Below, one piece after another: positions 12,183-23,592 of a DNA stretch of 64,000 bases (its first letter is position 1; each line of letters starts with the position of its first letter). Origin of the DNA: Adineta vaga (lineage: Eukaryota > Animalia > Rotifera); assembly GCA_021613535.1 (NCBI GenBank), contig CP075492.1:434001-498000 (forward strand), read 5' to 3'. The notes under the pieces are model-generated. The model was not told the DNA's origin and did no database searches. It worked only from the letters and a program-made list of their open reading frames with translations. Made by a program: the position numbers and the translations under genes.

Positions 12183-13081
12183 TCAACACATTGGATCCTT
12201 ACTATTGTTGTGAATTATTTCATATAATAAGGTTGGATGTATTGATAGATTAAATTCAATTTGAGTACAATTTTTCGGAATATCAAATATATTTGATGGA
12301 GGAGGACCATATGTAAAGTTAAAAAATTGAATATCAGCACCAACAGTATATAAATTCAAATCTATCGGTAAATTTTCTTTTACTGTTGCATAATAATAAA
12401 ATGGTGCTGGTGGGATCTAAACAAAAAAATGAATTAATAATATAATTATAGTACCATATAATCTATGTTATAGAAAATATTAAAAGTAGAATAAGAAGTT
12501 TTAATAGTATAAAATCGAACAAATCATTTCAAGATTTGATTATTCGATATATGTATTGAATATTATAATATTTTCTTGATTACCTCGTAATTATGACATC
12601 CACTCCATATATAACATGATATGTTATTGTATGTTATGTTTCCTTTAAAATCATAAGTTCGAAATGTTAACATAGGTTCGATTTTGCCAGGAATTTGTCC
12701 CCATGAACATGTATCTTTACAATAAAGTTTATGATTTATAATATATTTAGTTGAAAAAAAATAAATAAATATTACCTTGTGATAATTTATAGTATCGATA
12801 AGTTTGAAAATCTATAATTGTACTAAAAATTTGATCATCGTAGTCAAGTCTATCCCTAAATATAGTTGTGTCTACATAATACTTCGAACGTTGTCCATTC
12901 ACTAGAAGCAATGCCGAATACTATAGATAATAAATTGATTTTAATATTTATCTTTATTAACAAATTAAATTAAATAACATACTTGACTTGGTTGAGGTGG
13001 AACAGGACCCATATAATTACCATTAATTTTATATATAAATGTGATAAGAAAAGATAATATAAATAGAATATAATTCATCAT
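12183..13081 (-). CDS. Secreted ependymin-related (EPDR-like) protein, 4 exons, 202 aa
   Basis: Exons 13081-12983, 12920-12776, 12714-12584 and 12416-12183 join in frame (609 nt) with GT-AG introns; signal peptide, PVPPQPSQY, RLDYD, CYIWSG and a C-terminal FTYGPPPSNIFDIPKNC motif. Absent from the ORF track. Confidence 0.8.
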
Positions 13082-13633
13082 TCTAATAGCGAACTTTTTA
13101 ATTTTGTGAATTTCTTCGTTTTCAACTTTATAAAATAAAAATAAATTTATATGAAATAATTTATTGTCGTATTGCCTTTATTCATTAATATAAAAACTCA
13201 TGCTATTAAGAATTGCAGATGTTCATGATGATGAGAAACGTATAAACAAAAGAAAAAGATTTTTTGTAAAAGGTGTCATCTCGAAACTGGGCTTTTATTG
13301 CTTTTCTGTTACTGACGAAGGCATATATGATAAAAATGCATATACATCATTACACAACTACTGATATATATATATATTATTCTTGATTAGTCATGTGTTG
13401 TATTTCATTTTTGAAAACATACTTTGCACTATCATCCTGTTATAAAATATTGAATGATAAGGAAGACAAATATACATATTAAAGACGAAACTGAGTCGAA
13501 TGAAGTTGTTGATATTTGCTTCAATTTTTGAGATATAATCAAGGAGAAAAGAAGCAAGCTAAATTTATTAGCGTATGTTGAGAGTGTGAGTGTAGTGAAA
13601 CAGAGGAGTTACATCTACGACCACCATCTTGAG

Positions 13634-13798
13634 GAAGGGGTGAAAAGCGGATCTTTTCAGATCTTAGGATCTCAGAGATTCCCAGAGGGACCATAGGAAC
13701 TGAGAAAGTCCAAAAGGATCCATTAGAATCTACAAAATCCATCAGAAACTATAGGATACGAAGAAATCCAAGGATCCAGAATTCGCTTTTTCCCCTTG
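13634..13798. mobile_element. CAAGGGG-family MITE (degenerate)
   Basis: gaaggggtgaaaagcg ... cgctttttccccttg with ~10-bp periodic ggatc/gaatc interior. Confidence 0.55.
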
Positions 13799-14875
13799 AA
13801 GTAACAAAACACAAATATCGCTACACCTTCTATTCAAAGAACCGCTTCTTGAATGAAATTCAATGCCTATTCTGCAAAACTCTCCGTGGGTGAGCGTGAT
13901 GGTTGACCGAAGGGTAATCGAGGTCGAGGATCGCGAATGTAACGGCAGTTTTTGAAAAATATAATTAATTAGCTAATTAACTAATCAAAGAATCATCAGC
14001 TACTCTACTGTCGAGTAAAGGTTGACTGAAGGGTTTTGGGGGTCACGAATCGCGAATCTAATGTTAGATTTTTGTAAATCATTATTTCCTGTGATTGATT
14101 TTGACCCTTATCTTTCACGAAGCTATCGGTAAGAAGCGAGCACCACGAAACAAAGATTTATAGAAAAAATTTTCTAATCCTTTTCCTATAAATAAAAGTA
14201 ATACCGTTCGATGTAGAATTTATGTAGAAATACGATCAAAAGCTACCGATAGTGATCATTTTAAATCTGATAACAGTTCTTTCTGAATAACTACATCTGA
14301 AACTTTTGCCTTGCTCTTAGAGAAGAAATTGTGTGTGAATCTCTTTTTAAAATCATGACAGATGCTAATGAAAATTATGCTAGACGTTAGCTTAGAACAG
14401 TAATATTTTAGAATATGGACTTGGATGACTTTCACGTACTCTGTAAGCTACTTCGAAAAAACAAAAGTGACAACTTACGAAAGCGAATGTAACAGGTTTC
14501 AGTTTCAAGAAAATCGAGACAAAAACGGAAGTAACGTATAAAATCACACATTCATGCAGACGTTCTAAGTGTTTAACTGCGAATTAATCTACTATGATGA
14601 GCTTATTTTCTAAATAACAATCCGGTTGATTGAAGAGAAATAGGAAAAGAGTTGTAGATGTTTGTTTAAGCGGCTCAGATGGAGCACAGGACATATGGGG
14701 TAAAAAGATTGTGAGGGTGAAGGCGTTGAGACTCGGACTTCGATGGATCGACATCTATTCGATGTGCTTTACTGGGGATTGATGTTATTATTTAAAAAAA
14801 GGGTCAGTGAATTCAGGGGATGAGCCTTACTTGTTTTTACAGAGCTGTGCAAATTAGTGAGTTGGTAATGATTTA

Positions 14876-15352
14876 CGAGGCAGGTACCCAAAGTGGTTAA
14901 TCGATTTAGAGTTCATACCTTGGGCATATAGAGGTGGCATCTATAAGAAAAATGTTGACCCTATACTGTACATTCAAAACTCAAAAATATACTGTAATCA
15001 GGAAATTCTATGGTAAATGTACTATGTCACTAAAGACTAACATTTTATCACAAAAATGTATGGCAACAGCCGAACGGAAAGGGTTAAGTGCCTACGTTTA
15101 TAGTATGGTGCCATAAATTTTTGCGATAAAATGTTAGTCTTTAGTGACACAGTACATTTACCATAGAATTTCCTGATTACAGTATATTTTTGAGTTTTGA
15201 ATGTACAGTATAGGGTCGACATTTTTCTTATATTGTGAAACTTGAAAATTGAGTATCTCGACTTATACGAGCCATAGGCCCAAAGCATCTCAAAGTTATT
15301 GCTATTTAGATACTACTGCTAAATTGATTAATCACTTCGGGTACTTCTTTCA
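14876..15352. mobile_element. TA-flanked palindromic MITE related to the pogo-like element at 5607
   Basis: Terminal IRs (cgaggcaggtacccaaagtggttaatcgattta / taaattgattaatcacttcgggtacttctttca) plus a near-perfect ~125-bp internal IR (14941-15065 vs 15109-15231). Confidence 0.8.
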
Positions 15353-16527
15353 TAAGACTTGTCCGAATCGGGTTTAAAAGGTGTTCATTCGATAGAGCTC
15401 GTCGAGATCTATCGATCCTGAAAGTTTCACTGTTTGTTCCGATTGCTAGGTGAATCCATTTAGGTTTTACTTATTTTTTACCATTTTTTACCTAATTTTT
15501 ACTCGTTTTTAGACTTTTTTACTAGAAGGAAGGGTCTTTTCGAAAAAGTAAACACACCATTCGATAGAACTTGTCGAGCGGCATCATGGTCCGATGTTGG
15601 TCCCATTTGGTTTCATCATCAGGCGAATGCATTCAAGAAAAACTCGAATTCTATTCTAAGATAACCTACGTTACTGTCTGAGCAATTTTTCTTGGGAAGA
15701 GCAAGAAGATGTTAACGTTAACGTCTTAAAATTTGTTACTACGCTGAATACAAAAAGAGCTAAAAGTACCAATACGAATAGTATTGGTATTGTTACATCC
15801 CTAGTCGTTACTTATACAGCAGAAAAAGCTTTTACTGTATATTATTTTTATGTAGTCGTAATTTTTATTGTTCTCTTTTCTATAGGTTTCAACAATAAAA
15901 TGAACGCACAATTATCAGCTCATTCACATCTTTATCGACTGATTATATGGTTCCAAAAAGGAGATCTAATAGTACATCAAATAATTTCAAAAATTAATTA
16001 GAACACACCAATATATATGGGATTGATACAATGTAGGAAAATTTAATGTTGCAGACCTGCTGGAGGAGTCGTCAGAACGAGTGACAAAAAAACTTTAATA
16101 AGAAAATCAAACTGAGAAAGAGAATATTGCAACGTATTTACCATGTTTTCTAGTGCGACGCAGCCCTGAAAAAATAGACGAGATGGATTTTGTCTTTATT
16201 GTTTGTTTATTTAGATAAGTTTCTTTTGTATATCTGAACTTATTGCACATAAAATAGCTTTCCAACATATTTATTTTCGGAATTCCAAATATGAAACATG
16301 ATAATGCTATACGTCGTGTAAATGCGACATAAATAAGAGTGTGAATGAGAGTGAAATCAAGAAAACACACACACCCTCAAATCTCAACAACAAATATCTC
16401 TTAGTAATATATTTATTTAAATTATTGAATAAAAACAAGTATTACAAAAAAATATTGATTACGATATAATATTGTATGTCATTGATTATCTATAATACAT
16501 CCATAAAATATAACTTCTCATTTTTAT

Positions 16528-17960
16528 TTATTTTTGAATCATTATCTTGCATTGCACGTGTACCTTATGTGTTTTAGGATTAAAATATAGATGCGCTAAT
16601 TCACATCTTCTTCGGTTAGACATCATTGCTTCATATTGCCATTTTAATATGAGTTTCTTAGAATAGAAGTTATTGAGTAATTGAATCACCTTATTTAGAA
16701 TTTCATTAAATGGACTGTCTCTTAATTCCATAAAAGCATTTGTATCAGAAAAGAATTATTGACCTTTCTTTTCGAATTCATTTGCTGATCCAATATAAAA
16801 ATGATGTCCTTTATCAGTAAGACGAATAACCGGATGATATCGTTTAATCTTCTTTCGAATAGATGCAACAATTCGAGCATGTCTTTCTGTTTGTATTTTA
16901 TCTCGCTATGGTATTGATGAAAAATAACGTTGACGAATATAAACCAGAAGTTCTTGAGAATAATCTCGAAAGATAGGTACTATTCCGGGCATACGATGGA
17001 ATTCAATAAGATAATCTTGAACTTTAGTACAAATATCATGGTGTTCATTTCTTATTTCGATTTCTTGTTGTTTTTGTGAACGCAAAGCATTTTGATTTAA
17101 TCGAATAAATGATGGACCTCAAACGAAATTATTTGTCTTTCCAATGGAAATACAACATATCTTATGTAGTTTCAAATAATGCCATTCTTGTGCAGCAAAT
17201 GGATTTGATATTAGATCAAGATATGGTTCAGGAGAAACACCCATCATATTCTTTGCCGTTACTAAACGTTGACGATTTCGCTGAAGTTTCTTTTGAACAA
17301 CTAATAAACGATTAATAATATTTTGTTTTCATTTATTAGTAAAATATGACATATATCGTTCGATATCGTTAGTTGAAAAAGAATATACTTGATTTAAGAT
17401 AGCTTGATATTGGCGATCATATTCTTGTAATTTAATTTCATATGCAGTAATGAAAAGATGTAACCATTTTCGTTTAGCTTTTCGAATGGTTTGTAATCGT
17501 TCATTATTTAGTCGAATATTTCTTTGTTCATTATTTAATGACACATGCTTACTAGGTGAAATAAGTTTTTCAAGATGATCAAATTTTTGTGGTAAAAATT
17601 GATACAAAACTCGTGTTTCTAATATCATTTGTTCTTCTCATATTTCTGCTTGTTTTAATCAATTGATCAAGAATATGAGTAGCTGAAACGTTTGCAATTA
17701 TTGTCCCATATAATTTCTTTTCGTCTATATCATCTCTAAATTTAACTAATTGATTTTCATTCCGTTTGAAGAGATATTGTCGTTCAGAACGAACAAATTC
17801 TTTGAGACAACGATCAATTCAATCAAATGACACAGACATAATTGGACAAAAAGTCGATTGTTCAATTAATCGCATTTTATGTTGTTATATTAGTTGGTGA
17901 ATGTCTTTGATGTATTTGAGAAGATATTGTTGACAGATGTTATAATCAGTTGTTTGCGCC
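16528..17960 (-). pseudogene. Decayed Penelope-like retroelement ORF (coiled-coil region and N-terminal part of RT)
   Basis: VIRLTDKGHHFYIG (DKG motif) and LAHLYFNPKTHK (LYxxPKxHK motif) typical of the PLE RT N-terminus; multiple stops; RT core missing. Confidence 0.65.
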
Positions 17961-18173
17961 ATCAAATGGAATCGTTTCTTTCAGCATAAGTAAGACATGA
18001 ATTCGAATATAAAAGAGAAATGTTAATTTTGGATGCAACTGATCACCATTTATTACAAAAGTTTTTGGATGTTGAACCAAACAAAACACATGTAAATATG
18101 TTTCATGAGATATTTTATGAAATTGTGTAATTCCTTAATTTCAATTTATTTTAGATTATCTTAGCAAGACGTA

Positions 18174-19560
18174 AGGTATGTACAAAAAGTTCGCCAACAT
18201 TTTGTAATCGATATATCTCTGCAATCGCTCAAGCAATTTCAATAAGTAAATAGCCATTTTAAAGGACATTTGAAACTGTACTTATGGTATAAAAATGAAG
18301 GGGATAGGTCAAGGAATAAGAGAGATATGCATGTGACAATATGATGCACCTTTTTTCGGAAAATTTTTTACATTTCTTACAAAAATCCTTGTACTACATG
18401 TTTAGTCAGTTTTCTGTCATGTATAATTCATTCGAGAGAATCAAAAGTACCCTACTAGAATCAGCATTTGACGCATTTTCCAAATATATATGTTTAGGTT
18501 TATTAAGAACAAATCCTTGAAGGAACCAAAAGCGATTTTTCTACAAAATGTTCTGTTCAGAAATCTTTCAGGGTAGGAAATAATACGATTCCGACTCATA
18601 TTTCAAGATATATCGAATGAATTTTATACCAAATGAAAGCCCGTCAAAAATGGAATTTAGGAGTATGACTGCTCATTCATAAAAGAAGAATGAACTATAG
18701 AATTACAGCAAGTTTCATGTAGTTCGACACTCACATGGATGGGTAGTCAATGACAAAAGCATAAAGTTCCTAGAAACTTTTTTATCTATGTGGCTTTGTA
18801 GAGCTTTCTTTGCTGATCATTTTGTTAAAAAAGAATTTTTCAGTTTGGTCAATAAATAACAGCACTAAGATCAAAATACCCCAAAATATATTACCCGTAT
18901 TGAACGGAAGTCTGAAGTGTTCGGTATTTTGACCCTAGTACCGTTATTTATCGATCAAATTTGTAAATTTTTTTTACCAAAATGATCAGTGTAGAAAGCT
19001 CTACAAAGTTCAAAAGACAAAAACATTTTCCGACAGCTTTTTTTCTGGTTAACTGCCGGTGATAAGCCCAATTATACGACTAAAACTTGAAACTACCCGT
19101 ATTTCTATAGTTCATTCTTCTTTTATGAATGAGCAGTCATACTCCTAAATTCCGTTTTTAACGGGCTTTCATTTAGTATAAAATTCATTCGATATATCTT
19201 AAAATATGAGTCAGAATCATATTATTTCCTACCCTGAAAGATTTCTGAACAGAACATTTTGTAGAAAAATCGCTTTTGGTTCCTTCAAGGATTTGTTCTT
19301 AATAAACCTAACCATAAGTCAGAAAAAAAATCTAAACATATATATTTGGAAAGAGCGTCAAATGCTGATTCTAGTAGGGTACTTTTGATTCTCTCGAATG
19401 AATTATACATGACAGAAAACTGACTAAACATGTAGTACAAGGATTTTTGTAAGAAATGTAAAAAATTTTCCGAAAAAAGGTGCATCATATTGTCACATGC
19501 ATATCTCTCTTATTCCTTGACCTATCCCCTTCATTTTTACACCATAAGTACAGTTTCAAA
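18174..19560. mobile_element. Large foldback/palindromic element (~1.3-kb hairpin), right end truncated
   Basis: 18269-~18700 is a near-perfect reverse complement of ~19105-19560, with weaker symmetry to a centre near 18915; left end TA|AGGTATGTACAAAAAGT is mariner-like. Confidence 0.8.
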
Positions 19561-19675
19561 GGGAAAGCGAAAATTGATCGAACGAAAATTGATGGACGTT
19601 AATTGATCGATACGAAAATTAATCGATAGAGAAATTGATCGTTACGAAAATAAGTGTATAAGAAAATTAGTCGAC
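19561..19675. repeat. Degenerate tandem GAAAATTGATCG array, probable transposon terminus
   Basis: About six imperfect copies of (c)gaaaattgatcg at the junction between the foldback and the truncated GPCR. Confidence 0.5.
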
Positions 19676-19700
19676 TGAGTTATTTTTGAGAGAATTTATT

Positions 19701-20045
19701 CTATGAAGAACATCTACATTTACAAGAACACAAGAAACCTTTACAGATTAAAATATATGTTAAAGATTGACACATTGCAACTGAATATGTGAATATATCA
19801 ATATTATAGCCAACTTGAAGTAATTTAAGTGGAATATTCATATAGACAACAATACAGCCAGATAAAGTCGATGCCAAAAAATAGCATACACATGGATTTG
19901 AACGAAATATACGGCGTGTAAAAACATAAATACTTAAAGTATGACCTATTATACCAATGATGAAGAGACTAATGCCAAATATTTGAGTGGATATAACTGT
20001 ACTTTGCTTGATATTATTGATTGTAATTGATGATGATGATGACAT
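19701..20045 (-). pseudogene. 3'-truncated rhodopsin-like GPCR (TM1-TM3)
   Basis: FIIGIIGHTLSIYVF (TM1), RSNPCVCYFLAST (TM2), Cys before TM3; ORF ends prematurely. Confidence 0.7.
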
Positions 20046-20488
20046 TGCACAAAATTGATAGAATTAATCAATAACTATAAAATTTCCTTTTGTTTTATTC
20101 TTAAAATTTTACTACAAATAACACACAGTAAGAATAGTTTATGTTTCTTCTTTGCTTTCCTTTCTCGAGAGATTTTATTTCTTTATTAATTAATTTTCTA
20201 TTTTATTCTTCATCAGTGAAATGTCACCTCCATGCTTGTCTAATACAGAAGATAAAATAGAGCTGTCTCAAACTTACTAATAAGATAAAATAATATGATG
20301 CGTAATAGAATTAATTAACAGGATTTTGTTTCGATTCTAACGGATCGTTAAGATATAAATTATTGAGTTTTAACTAGTCAGATTCTATTTTTTCATTCAA
20401 ACTAAACTTTTATTTGATATCTGTTTTAATGACATCAAGGAGATCTTTATCGAACATAATACAACGATACAAATTCTGTGTCATAATT

Positions 20489-20640
20489 ACAAGTAACGCT
20501 TGTCGTGCCGACTCACTTTACCCTCGACTGTGGAAGACAGGTATTTTTTCTGCGTGTTCGAATGGTGAGAAGAATTGACCTGGCGAATTTGTGTATTATG
20601 GACACCATGAAACGATTCAATCTTTTTGCTCAATAAATCC
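20489..20640. mobile_element. Terminal fragment of the Helentron/DINE-like family also found at 26590
   Basis: acaagtaacgcttgtcgtgccgactcactttaccctcgactgtggaagacaggta aligns with 26589-26642. Confidence 0.6.
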
Positions 20641-21891
20641 GTAAACTGAAGAGGCTTCGGAGCGGCTAGTCGTGAGTGACGCGTCATAGCGTCATCGAGG
20701 AGCGCCTAGCTGCTCCCCGTAGTGTTCATTTTGTTATGCCTCTGAAGAGATCGAGGCGGCTAGGTTCAAATCTGTAAAAGGTTCTGTGCTATCGTAGAGG
20801 ATTCACTGTTTGATTGATGAAAAACAGGCGTGTTTTATAATGTAACGATCAGAAAAATCCCTTTCAGCCGGTGGCTGTTCCATTGCGAGAGGTATTTTCA
20901 GTTAGAAACATTCAAGATTTCAGAGGACCATTCATCGAGTCGTAGTCGTGGAGCTCTGTTTAGATCATTATTTTTTCATTTACATAGAAATATTTAATCT
21001 TTTCATAATTGAAAAATATGATGTTGTTTCGATGCGTTTCAGTGTGCCTAATCCTATCAAATATCTACAGGTATCTAATTAATATTTGAATAAAAAGTAT
21101 TAGATTCAATGTTGTTCTATATTAGAATTTCAAATATACAAATAATCTTTGATAAAATTGTTAACTATACAAGATTTGAAATATAAATTTTTTGTGAATG
21201 TCAATGTGACTGTGACTAAGGATGAAAAATACATTCAAGATAGTTCGATATAATAATGAACATTTCTGGAAAGTGAAAAGATGTATAGAAGATAAATGTT
21301 ATTATAATTTAATAATTATTTAGATTTCGAAACAACAAGTATCGATAAACAATAATGATTTTATTATATATAGAAAAACATTCTATTTATTTCATGTACA
21401 AAAGTATTGATTTAAAAACAAATTAATTTTTCTATAGAAAGAAAAATAATTAAATATTGAAGCAAAAGATTTTCTATTAAATCAAGTTTTTTTTTTTATA
21501 GAAGATTTTTGTTTGTTCATATTGATCAGTATTAGAAATGGCAAGGATAAATAGCAGAGACAAAATGTACAGAACATTTGCTAAATTTGATGTATATGAT
21601 AATTTATACTTTAATTCAAGATTTTCAACAATCTAATTCTATCTTCAAGCACATCGTAAAACGAATATGTAAATATTTCATCTTAATGATAAACAACAAT
21701 GAACTTTTAAAAATATATTCTAAAATCAAGGAGATAATGTGAAATTCAAGCTTTTTTCTTTCTAAAAATTATATATATAAGAGTTTTAAAAGGATTAAAA
21801 AAATTACTTTTGAAATTAATTGTATCTTTGTAAAGAGTTATTGAATCACAAATAGTTTTCCGCGTCCTCACGTTGAAATCATTAAAATAGA

Positions 21892-22780
21892 TTAACGTAA
21901 ATTTTCACTTCTTGCATAAGCTATTGAATTTTGTTTTAAAATTCTTTCTTCTGCTTGTTTTGCTTCTTCACAATGAATAACAATAAAATCTTTTGATTCT
22001 GTTTCAAATCGAATAAAATTCTTATCTTTATTATTTTGTATTTTATCAATTATTTTTGCTAGATGTTTAATATTCTTGATTTGAACACCATTGACACATT
22101 TTAATACAGCATATTGAACCTTTGATTCTATTCCATAATTAACATCATCAGCAAGTATTCGATCAATAACAACAATTTCTTGATCTAGTTCTTGTAATTG
22201 ACCATTATCTGCTAAGTTAATTAAATGCTTTGGAGCAGTTTCAAACCAGTCTTCTATAGCCCATGTATGCAAATAAAAGCGAGTTAACACTGTGAATACA
22301 ATTCCAGCATAAATTAAATATTCTGGACGTTTATCATGTGCATGCGATGGAACAAGTGATGGAAGACAGTCAAATAAACTTGTTAATATTAATTCTTTTC
22401 CTAAAAAAATCAACGAAAAAAGTTTTAGATGAAGGAAATACAATGATCTGTTTTCATTCGCAATGCATGAAATTATTCAATTCTTTTTTCTCTAAAGAAT
22501 TCATCAAAATGAAAGACATGTTAGTTGTCACGTCTTTCAATAAGAATTGTTTCGAAGAAAAAAACATCGAATTATGTATTCCTTTGTTTTACATAATTTC
22601 CTAGATTTTTACTAAAATTCTTCATCGCGAATGAATTTTTGACATTCACTTCTTGAGTTGATAAATAACTTTGACGAAAATAAAATATTATTTCGATTAT
22701 TCTGAAAAGTCAAAATCTTATATTTTCTTACCTTGTCTTATAATCTTAAATGTAACTGTTTCACCAACAAATTTAGATAT
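21892..22780 (-). pseudogene. 5'-truncated Deg/HtrA (protease Do-like, Deg2/9/10 type) gene: PDZ regions only
   Basis: SKFVGETVTFKIIRQG spliced to KELILT...PEYLIYAGIVFTVLT...ILADDVNYG...VNGVQIKNIKHLA; no trypsin-like domain found upstream. Confidence 0.7.
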
Positions 22781-23592
22781 GATTTTATCAAGTATAAGAA
22801 TCCGGAAGAAGTTGTTAACGTTGGGAATAATGCTGATACATTTAAAATTTGTAATCATTCATTGAGTATTTCATTCTACGATAAAACTTATAGAGTTATG
22901 AACAAGAAACATATATAATGCAATCAAAATCTGAATAAATTCATAGTCTTGAAGTAAACAGAATAGAACTTTTTGTTTATTAAATAAATTTTATTTTATT
23001 TGACAAATGAAATCTTTTTTATAGTAAGTATAATTAATATAATACTCATTTCACATCAATGGTAATAATAGACTGAAAGTGATTCTTCTATGATGAAAAA
23101 TCAATTAAGACATTCGATACGATGAGACCCACCGCGGTGGATATCACTTTATTTTCTGAGAAAACTGCATCAAATCGAATATGTAAAAATGACACAATTG
23201 TAATGCAGTTTTCATTTCGATTTTCATTCTATAAAAAATCCATTAAAATCGACTTTTAGAAATTATTCAAAAATAGTGCATTTTTACTGGTTGAAAGTCT
23301 GATGAAAATCAGACTATAATCGTGACGTTTTAATCGCTTATTTGTCATACTATAAGAATCGATTCAAGTCGGGCTTTTCGCGATTTTCTTACACGAAATA
23401 TGGAAAAAAAAGGATTTGATATGTAATATCATTCAAATTCTCAGAATTTGTGCCTCGAATATTAGTATTAAAATAGATTTTCGTGTTTTCGCGGAAAATT
23501 ATAATCGATATGATTTCGTTCACATATATAAGATCTACAATTATTGATAGAATACATACTCATAAAAACGATCATCAAATCAATATACGAAA

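Noticed and set aside
14934-15288. Pair of similar ORFs on opposite strands
   Set aside because: Both are translations of the two arms of a MITE palindrome
16050-16095. Second hammerhead-like motif (ctggagga gtcgt caga acgag)
   Set aside because: No GAAA box and no stem I/III closure
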